Of a stretch of DNA of 64,000 nt, positions 52,248-58,366 are shown in pieces (position 1 is the first letter of the stretch; the number at the start of each line of letters is the position of its first letter). The DNA is from Thermoanaerobaculia bacterium. Lineage in GTDB: Bacteria > Acidobacteriota > Thermoanaerobaculia > Multivoradales > UBA5704. The notes beneath the pieces are model-generated. The model made no database searches, had not been told where the DNA came from, and saw only the letters and a list, made by a program, of their open reading frames with translations. The position numbers were made by a program, and so were the translations under genes. The DNA lies in contig DATARD010000380.1 of assembly GCA_036264355.1 (NCBI GenBank), positions 2,084-66,083 on the forward strand, read 5' to 3'.

Positions 52248-52952
52248 ATGTCCGGGACAAGTAATGCATTGATGGTCCAGAGCCTTTTCTCCACCGCGCG
52301 GGGGACCCGCGGCATGCGGATCTCTCGCGAGGCGAGCGCATGGCTGTCGGCTTGGCTGATGGAGACGAAGGCCGGCCTCGCCAAGCTCCAGGAGATCGGC
52401 GAACGGGCCCGCGAGACCGCGAGCGGCGGTGTGCTGCGGGTGGAGGACCTGGCCGCCGCCGCCGGACAGGTCGAGCTCGATGCCACCTGCCCCGGCTGCG
52501 CGGCCTGGCCACCGCCGGCGGCTCTGGAGATGGAGGCGCCGCTGGAGGACGCCGTCTTCGGACAGATCGTCTTCGCTCTCGCCCGGGGAGCCGGGAACGC
52601 GCGCCTCTCGCTCGACGCGTGCGCGTGGTTTCACGACCGCTACGCGGCCTGGCTGACGGCCACCAAGGTGGATCTCGTCGCGTCGCCGCTGGAGGTCTGG
52701 GAGACCATGGGCAACGGCTTCCTCTCCCGGTTCAAGGCGATCGGCGAAGGCGTCCGCAGCGTCACGGGCGTCTCCAGCGTCTCCGATATCGAGATCAGCC
52801 TCCAGGAGCTGCAGGCCAGCGCGTGGGAGGTCGAGGCGGAGTCTCCGTGCTCCTACTGCCCGAGCGAGCCGGGCGTTCAGGATGAAGACGCGTTCGGCTG
52901 GAACGCCGGTCTCTCCTCCCGAAGCCTGCTCCGGGTCCAGCTCCCGGCCTGA
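52248..52952 (+). CDS. Paralogue of 51338..52090 (first repeat shortened, second intact)
   Basis: AGGAGG lies 7 nt upstream of ATG 52248. It shares the ..CPGC.. / ..CSYCP motifs and the C-terminal SLLRVQLPA (the paralogue has SLLQIQLPA). Confidence 0.6.
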   Translation: MSGTSNALMVQSLFSTARGTRGMRISREASAWLSAWLMETKAGLAKLQEIGERARETASGGVLRVEDLAAAAGQVELDATCPGCAAWPPPAALEMEAPLEDAVFGQIVFALARGAGNARLSLDACAWFHDRYAAWLTATKVDLVASPLEVWETMGNGFLSRFKAIGEGVRSVTGVSSVSDIEISLQELQASAWEVEAESPCSYCPSEPGVQDEDAFGWNAGLSSRSLLRVQLPA

Positions 52953-52989
52953 CTCGGATTAAAGGGTATTTGGAAATTCGAGCCGTTGT

Positions 52990-53138
52990 AGCCTCACCCC
53001 CCTGGCCCCCCTCTCCCATCCCCTCCCACCCTCCGGGAGAGGGGGGAATGGAGAGCCAGAGGGTGATGCGTGACCTGGGTGGTGGCGCCCCTCTCCCGGC
53101 GGCAGGGAGGGGATGGGAGAGGGGACGGGGGTGAGGCT
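52990..53138. repeat. Nested inverted-repeat (MITE/REP-like) element, ~150 bp
   Basis: Outer arms are AGCCTCACCCCCCTGGCCCCCCTCTCCCATCCCCTCCC (52990-53027) and GGGAGGGGATGGGAGAGGGGACGGGGGTGAGGCT (53105-53138). Inner pair is CCGGGAGAGGGG / CCCCTCTCCCGG. Confidence 0.65.
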
Positions 53139-53188
53139 CCACCGGTGGCGATTTCCCAAACACCCTCTTCGCTCCTTCCCGTAGCGTT

Positions 53189-53210
53189 CGCGCGTAATGT
53201 TCCCCGTAAC
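53189..53210 (+). promoter_or_regulatory. Second copy of the conserved block, CGCGCGTAATGTTCCCCGTAAC
   Basis: See 52149-52170. It contains the ATG (53197) that opens the listed ORF, which argues that this ATG is not the real start. Confidence 0.4.
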
Positions 53211-53259
53211 CCGGGTATGGCAGACTCGGTATCGTCAATTTCACGTCTCTCTCAAAACT

Positions 53260-56200
53260 ATGCGCTCACTTCCTCTCCGGATGCCGGCGATTCTGGTCCA
53301 TGCCTGGTCGGACCCCGCGGTCGAAGTCTGCCCGCCGGAGACCGCGGCGGCTCTCCTGGCGCTGCCCGGTGTCGTCCGGCTCGGCCCGGGACGCTTCGCG
53401 ATCGTGCCGGTGGCGAACGATCCGGGGGAGATGGAGACGGCGCTGCGCTGTGGCGAGCGGTTGCTGGCGGCGCGGGACGGCGATCGCCGGGCGGTGCTCC
53501 TGCTGCCCGTCCAGGTGCGGCTCGGCCTCGGACCACGGTCGCCGGCGGCCGAGCTGATCGCCGAGCCTCTGCTCGACGACCTGGAGCAGCAGGTGCCGAT
53601 CCTGCCGTGGGGCGCGGTCTATTTTTCCGGCTATGCGATGGCGCGCGCCGAGTCGCGGCTGGAAATGAAGATGTGCGGCCTCTATGAAGGGCCGTCGGGA
53701 ACCCAGGTCACGCTGTTCCGCCCGCTCCGGCCGCGCGACGACGTGCGCCCGTGGCACAACACGCATCTGGTCGACCGGCCGCTGGAGTATGTGCCGCGTC
53801 CGGATCTGGAAAGCGAGCTGGCGGCGGTCTCGGAGACGGCGGTGCTGCGGATCACCGGCGCGATGGGCTGCGGCAAGACCCGGCTGGTGTGGGAAACCCT
53901 GGGACCGGAGCGCCGGAAGACAGAAGGCGGCGGCGCCTTCTGTCTCTGGGTGAGCCTGCGCGGGCGGCGGGACGAGCCGGCCCGGCCGCTCGCGGCGTTG
54001 CGGCGGCAGCTCGTGCGGCTCGCCGGCAAGGATGCGCTCGCCGGGCTGATCCAGGCCGAGGCGCCGCCGTCCGATCTGCCGGAGCTGCTCGCCAAGTCGC
54101 TGGTGCTCGCCAGCCGCCGCGCCGGCGCTCCCCTGCGCCTGGTCTGCGACGACGTGCACGTGGCGGATGTCGAGACGCAGAGACTGATCGCGGGCCTCGC
54201 CGCACACCCCGAGGCGGGGAGCTCCTTCTCGCTGGTGCTGGTGGGCCGGCCGCGTACATTCTTCCAGACGCTTCAGGCGTTCCAGACCCTCCCGGCGGTG
54301 TGGGCGGGCTGTCCGCAGGTGGCGGGGGCGCCCGAGGTGATCGTGCCGCCGATGGCCGCGGCGCCTCTCGCGGCGCTCGCCGGCAAGCTGTTCCACGATC
54401 TCCTGATGCCGACCGAGGTGAAGCAGCAGATCGTGGAGGCCTCGGGCGGATTCCCGCTGGCGCTCGAAGAAGAGCTGTCGCGGATGATCCAGCGCCGCCA
54501 GCTCCGGCACCACGGCAACTTCTTCGTCAGCGGCCGCCAGGACATCGACTTCGAGCCGTCGTTCCATCTCATCCAGGAGATGTGCGCCGAAGCCCGCGCG
54601 CTCGGCGATCCGACGCCGCTGCGCCTCCTCGCCCTGGCGGACACCGCGGTGCCGTCGTTCGCCCTGGCCGAGGCGGCTCTCGCCTGCGACGCGGCGCCGC
54701 CTCCGGGCTGGGAAGCGCCCTTCCTCGCCGGCGGCTGGCTGCGCCGGTCGCCGTCGCCCTGGGGGATCGGCGTCGATTTCGCCGCCACCGCATACGGCCG
54801 GGCGATGGCGGCGACGGTGGATCCGGAAGCCGCGCCGGGCATGCGGAGCGCGCTGGGCGAGGTGCTCTCCGCGGCGGACGACCGGCCGCGCGGGCTGTGG
54901 CATTCCTACCGCCTGCTCTCGGGCGGACCCGGCGCCGTGCCGCGCATCCTCGAGCTCGCCCGCGAGCATCCGCAGAGCCTGCCGGCCCGCGAGGTGCTCG
55001 ACGGTCTCGCCTGGGAGCTCGCCGCGCACCGCGAGCGCGGCGGCGATCAGGCGACCGAGATCCAGATCCTCTGGCTGCTCCTCCCGCTGGCGCGCCGCCT
55101 CGGCCGTCTGGAGCGCTTCGAGGGCGACGTCGCGCGGGCCGTCGAGCTTGCGCAAGCCGAGCCGCGCAAGCTCCTCGCCTTCTCCGGCCTCAAGGCGGAT
55201 CTCGATCTCCAGAAGAGCCGCCTGGCCGACGGCGAGCGGACGCTGCGCGCCGTTCTCGATCAGGTGCTGGACGCCGATCCTTCGCACCAGTCGTTGCTGC
55301 TTTTACAGCTCGGCCGCCTGCTCGCCCGCCAGGAACGGCACAAGGAGGCCCGGCACCTGTTCGAGAACCTCCTCGCCACCGTCGAGGAGCGCGGCTCCAC
55401 GGCGCTCGCCGCCACCTGCCGCTTCCACCTCGGCAACATCGCGCTACGCGAAGGGCGGCTGCGCGAGGCGCAGACGTACCACCGCGAAGCCATGCGGATG
55501 CGCCGCAAGGAGAAAAACCTCAAGGCGCTGGGATCGTCGCTCTCCGCGCTCGGCGCCGTGTACTCGACCCTGGGAGCCTTCCCGCGGGCGCTCTGGTACT
55601 ACCAGGAGGCCGAGCGCGTGCTGCGCGAGTATGGCGAGGACGGCGAGGAGAGCTTCGCGCTGTTCGGTCTCGGCCGGGTGCTCGGTCTGTTGGGCGACGC
55701 GACCTCGGCCGCCGAGCCGTTGCGGCGCGCCCTGGCCCTGCGCGAAGGGAAGGCCGACGCGGTCGGCGAGGCGCTGGCCCGCTTGCAGGTCGCGGCGAAC
55801 CACGCCGATCTGCAAAATCTGGACGAAGCGCTGGCCGAGGCCCGCCGCGCCCACTTCCAGCTCAGCCTGGCGCCGGAGAGCGGCATCCTCGGCGACGCCG
55901 AGCAGCTCCTCGGCCGCATCCACTTCCTGCTGCAACAGCTCGACGCGGCCGGCACGTCGTTCGCGACGGCGCTGGAGATCCACGAGCGCCACGGCGACCA
56001 CGGCGCCGCATTGCGCGACCGGAGCTGGCTGCTGGAGACGGCCCTCGCCAACGGGAAGGAGACGGAGATCCGCCGGCTCTGCCGCGAGCTCGAGGCGGCG
56101 CTGGAGGCCGGCGTGCCGCCGCTCGGCGGCTCGTTTGCCGTCGTCGACTACCGGCTGGCCCGCGGCTGGGAGTGGCTGCGCCTCAACGGCCGCGGCGGCA

Positions 56201-56358
56201 CCGATCCGGCGCGCTTCTTTGCCCGCGCCTACCAGACCCTCCTCGACACGGCCTCGCCGCTGCCCGAGGGCCTGCGCCGCCGCTTCCTCCTCCAGGTGCC
56301 GGAAAACGCCGCCATCGTCGAAGCCGCCGCCAGCCGCCACTTGGTCAGCCAGGCGTAG
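53260..56358 (+). CDS. STAND/AAA-type NTPase with C-terminal TPR array and ~190-aa N-terminal domain of uncertain nature
   Basis: Walker A is ITGAMGCGKTRLV (53851-53889). Walker B is LRLVCDDVHVAD (about 54133-54168). Multiple TPR-like repeats fill the last ~350 aa. Start is uncertain (53197, 53260 or 53281). Confidence 0.75.
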   Translation: MRSLPLRMPAILVHAWSDPAVEVCPPETAAALLALPGVVRLGPGRFAIVPVANDPGEMETALRCGERLLAARDGDRRAVLLLPVQVRLGLGPRSPAAELIAEPLLDDLEQQVPILPWGAVYFSGYAMARAESRLEMKMCGLYEGPSGTQVTLFRPLRPRDDVRPWHNTHLVDRPLEYVPRPDLESELAAVSETAVLRITGAMGCGKTRLVWETLGPERRKTEGGGAFCLWVSLRGRRDEPARPLAALRRQLVRLAGKDALAGLIQAEAPPSDLPELLAKSLVLASRRAGAPLRLVCDDVHVADVETQRLIAGLAAHPEAGSSFSLVLVGRPRTFFQTLQAFQTLPAVWAGCPQVAGAPEVIVPPMAAAPLAALAGKLFHDLLMPTEVKQQIVEASGGFPLALEEELSRMIQRRQLRHHGNFFVSGRQDIDFEPSFHLIQEMCAEARALGDPTPLRLLALADTAVPSFALAEAALACDAAPPPGWEAPFLAGGWLRRSPSPWGIGVDFAATAYGRAMAATVDPEAAPGMRSALGEVLSAADDRPRGLWHSYRLLSGGPGAVPRILELAREHPQSLPAREVLDGLAWELAAHRERGGDQATEIQILWLLLPLARRLGRLERFEGDVARAVELAQAEPRKLLAFSGLKADLDLQKSRLADGERTLRAVLDQVLDADPSHQSLLLLQLGRLLARQERHKEARHLFENLLATVEERGSTALAATCRFHLGNIALREGRLREAQTYHREAMRMRRKEKNLKALGSSLSALGAVYSTLGAFPRALWYYQEAERVLREYGEDGEESFALFGLGRVLGLLGDATSAAEPLRRALALREGKADAVGEALARLQVAANHADLQNLDEALAEARRAHFQLSLAPESGILGDAEQLLGRIHFLLQQLDAAGTSFATALEIHERHGDHGAALRDRSWLLETALANGKETEIRRLCRELEAALEAGVPPLGGSFAVVDYRLARGWEWLRLNGRGGTDPARFFARAYQTLLDTASPLPEGLRRRFLLQVPENAAIVEAAASRHLVSQA

Positions 56359-56364
56359 CCGGTC

Positions 56365-56688
56365 ATGGCACCCACCGTGCTCTCGGTCGACGGTGATCTT
56401 TCTCCGGACTTCCTGAAAACCCTTGAATCTCTGGAAGCGCTGGACGACCGCGAGCTGTGGCGTCTGGCCGGCGAGGTCATGTCTCTGGAGGCGAGCCGAG
56501 AGCTTGAGAGCCTGCATCTCAAGATGGGTGACCAAGGTCTGAGCCCGGAGGAAGACGCCGCGCGCGCGCGGCTCATTCAAGAGTACGAGCGCTCGATGCT
56601 GATCCGGGCCCAGGCGGCAAAGCTCCTCAAAGATCGAGGGCGCGACATCTCCAGGCTCCTTTCAGTTGCGCGGGAACCATACAGGTAA
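56365..56688 (+). CDS. Small helical protein, paralogous to the C-terminal domain of 34788..35201
   Basis: LDDRELWRLAGEVMSLEASRELESLHLKM..LSPEE..LIQEYERSMLIRAQAAKLLKDRGRDISRLL aligns with LNEEELWRAAQNRLSEESRLQLEALNLKQ..LTPAE..LIEQYDQAVLLRAEAARLLKERGHDISSLL. Confidence 0.5.
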   Translation: MAPTVLSVDGDLSPDFLKTLESLEALDDRELWRLAGEVMSLEASRELESLHLKMGDQGLSPEEDAARARLIQEYERSMLIRAQAAKLLKDRGRDISRLLSVAREPYR

Positions 56689-56946
56689 AGAGAGCGCGCT
56701 TCTCTTTCGTGCTCCTCCTCGCTGCGCCGGAATACACCTTTGGCAGACGGTGACTACGAATACGGGCAGGAGGATGGTCGAGTGTCCTCTGCTCGTTGGA
56801 TTCTATTTTCAAAGAACGCCGTTCCGCTTCGCCCAGGCTTCGGCCGGCTCGGAATCGGCCGCGGGCGCTTTACCCAGGCCCATTCCGGGCTGACTCTGCG
56901 TCTGGCGGCGCGGCAGAGCCCTGCGCTGCTCCAGAACCGATCCGCT

Positions 56947-57253
56947 CAAGCCATCCGAAACGTCTGACGGCTTGAAGTCCCCCTGGTCACGACGGAATGG
57001 CGCCGGTCAGACCGTCCGCGGCTTCTGGCGCTCCAGAATCGGCTTGGCCAAGCCGTCCGAGTTTTCTGACGCTCTGGAATGGGGCTGATCAAGCCGCCCC
57101 GATCTTCTGATGAGTCGGAATGGCTCTGCTCGAAACGTCATCGGTTCATGGCGAACGGAAACGGCGTCATCCAAGCCATCGCCCGCTTCTGGTAATGAAG
57201 AATGGAGCGGCTCAAACCGTCGTCGCGGCTCTTGAGGCTCTACCGCGGGCGCC
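56947..57253. repeat. Degenerate tandem repeat, six units phased at exactly 41 bp (57008-57253) plus 1-2 out-of-phase units upstream
   Basis: Unit anchors CA(A/G)(G/A)CC lie at 57008, 57049, 57090, 57131, 57172 and 57213. Consensus is CAAGCCGTC-N6-TTCTGR-N6-GGAATGG-N7. Confidence 0.65.
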
Positions 57254-57761
57254 GCCGGTCGATCCCGTAGCACAACATCTCGCGCCCGATGTGCTCGATG
57301 CGCTTCAGCAGTTTTTCTCCGATCCGCTCGACGAGGCGGATGGAGGCGCGGTTGTCCGGGTGGACGAGACTGATCACACGGTCTTTCTTCCAGACGTTGA
57401 ACGCATGGTGCAGAGCGGCCTGTGCGGCCTCGCTTGCATAGCCCTGCCCCCACCACCGCCGCGCCAGCCGCCCGGCGAGCTCGAACCCGGGCCAGCCTTC
57501 CGGCTCGAAAAAACCGGCGAGCCCCACGAACGAGCCGGTCTCCCTGTGCTCCACCGCCCAGGTGCCGGTTCCCCGAATGTACCAGTGGCCCACGACGTAG
57601 GTCAGATGCCGCCAGGCCCGGCCCCGGTCCCAGGTCTCGCCGATGTGGCGCATCACCTCGGGGTCCGCGTGCAACGCGGCGTAGTCGTCGAGATCGGCCT
57701 GATGGAGAGGCCGAAGCCACAGCCGTTCGGTGGTCAGGGTCGGGATGACGGAATTCTCCAT
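57240..57761 (-). CDS. GNAT-family N-acetyltransferase (RimJ/RimL-like)
   Basis: Start is ATG 57761. TERLWLRPLHQADLDDYAALHADPEVMRHIG ... RRWWGQGYASEAAQAAL. The listed 350-aa ORF is an upstream read-through. Confidence 0.85.
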   Translation of the reverse strand: MENSVIPTLTTERLWLRPLHQADLDDYAALHADPEVMRHIGETWDRGRAWRHLTYVVGHWYIRGTGTWAVEHRETGSFVGLAGFFEPEGWPGFELAGRLARRWWGQGYASEAAQAALHHAFNVWKKDRVISLVHPDNRASIRLVERIGEKLLKRIEHIGREMLCYGIDRRRPR

Positions 57762-57890
57762 GGCTCTCTCCTTTTCGGTCCGCTTGTCCCGACTCTGGCA
57801 AAGGTGCAGACTGCCCCGGGGGCTCTCGATTTCTGACATCCGGTCAATGGCTGACCAGACACCTCTCGACCCCCGGAAAGAATCTGCCCC

Positions 57891-58007
57891 ATGATCCGTG
57901 CTCTTCTGCTGCTGGTGCTGGCCCTCGTCAACCCCGACGCGGGTGGCCGTTTCGACCCCGACGGCACCACCACCGACGCGGGCAACCGTTTCGACCCGAA
58001 CGGCTGA
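57891..58007 (+). CDS. Candidate 38-aa peptide MIRALLLLVLALVNPDAGGRFDPDGTTTDAGNRFDPNG
   Basis: My own translation. ATG start, weak GGAAAG 10 nt upstream, hydrophobic leader, two DAGxRFDxxG motifs, and a stop directly after the second motif. It is below the size cut-off of the ORF track. Confidence 0.35.
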   Translation: MIRALLLLVLALVNPDAGGRFDPDGTTTDAGNRFDPNG

Positions 58008-58148
58008 TGGCGCGTAGTCGCCGGGTCGGTCCGCCGTTCCCTTGTCCCTGTCCTGGCAAAGGGGCAGACTGCCCCGGGGGTTCTCGATTTCTGACACCTG
58101 GTCAATGGCTGACCAGATACCTTTCGACCCCCGGAAAGGATCTGTCCT

Positions 58149-58265
58149 ATGGTCCGTGCTCTTCTGCTGCTGGTACTGGCCCTCCTCGACCCCGACGCAG
58201 GCAACCGTTTCGACTCCGACGGCACCACCACCGACGCGGGTGGACGTTTCGACCCCAACGGCTGA
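58149..58265 (+). CDS. Candidate 38-aa peptide MVRALLLLVLALLDPDAGNRFDSDGTTTDAGGRFDPNG
   Basis: Second copy, with frame, length and stop position preserved. 5 of the 11 differing codons are synonymous. Confidence 0.35.
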   Translation: MVRALLLLVLALLDPDAGNRFDSDGTTTDAGGRFDPNG

Positions 58266-58303
58266 CGGCTCGCAATTCGTGGTTTGACACACTCTTACTT
58301 CAT

Positions 58304-58328
58304 GGGGGCATTTTCGCCCCCTATTTCC
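58304..58328 (+). terminator. Intrinsic terminator-like hairpin after the peptide modules
   Basis: GGGGGC-ATTTTC-GCCCCC followed by TATTTCC. There is a T-rich tail only in the plus orientation. Confidence 0.45.
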
Positions 58329-58366
58329 GCTACAATGCCGATTAAAGATGGTATGGAGGGGATGAG

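Larger units (their letters stand above)
57783..58285 (+). repeat. Tandem direct duplication, unit 258 bp
   Basis: CTTGTCCC at 57783 and 58041; ATGs at 57891 and 58149. About 12% divergence in both the leader (13/106) and ORF (14/117) parts by my count. Confidence 0.9.

Noticed and set aside
52795-53244. Minus-strand ORFs (52795..53244, 52959..53159) across the inverted-repeat element.
   Set aside because: Their Pro/Gly/Ser-rich translations arise from the GC-rich palindromic arms of the element. No start context or domain supports coding.
56689-57007. A decayed HNH nuclease gene downstream of the 56365 small protein, by analogy with the 34788-35626 pair.
   Set aside because: I translated the listed frames (56666..56893, 56740..56967) and found no CxxC/HNH-like motifs. 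The region instead grades into the 41-bp repeat array.
57796-57810. TGGCA-containing sequences as sigma-54 (-24/-12) promoters: CTGGCAAAGGTGCAG in the peptide leaders, and TGGCAG blocks at 51288, 52214 and 53218.
   Set aside because: The spacing between the GG and GC elements does not fit the TGGCAC-N5-TTGC consensus in any of them (off by 1-3 nt or more). I therefore report them only as shared motifs.
57240-58292. A 350-aa minus-strand ORF extending the GNAT acetyltransferase across the 258-bp tandem modules.
   Set aside because: GNAT homology begins at MENSVIPTLTTERLWLRP (ATG 57761). The extension merely stays open through the duplicated region and has no recognisable features. The terminator-like hairpin at 58304 has its T-tail only on the plus strand.
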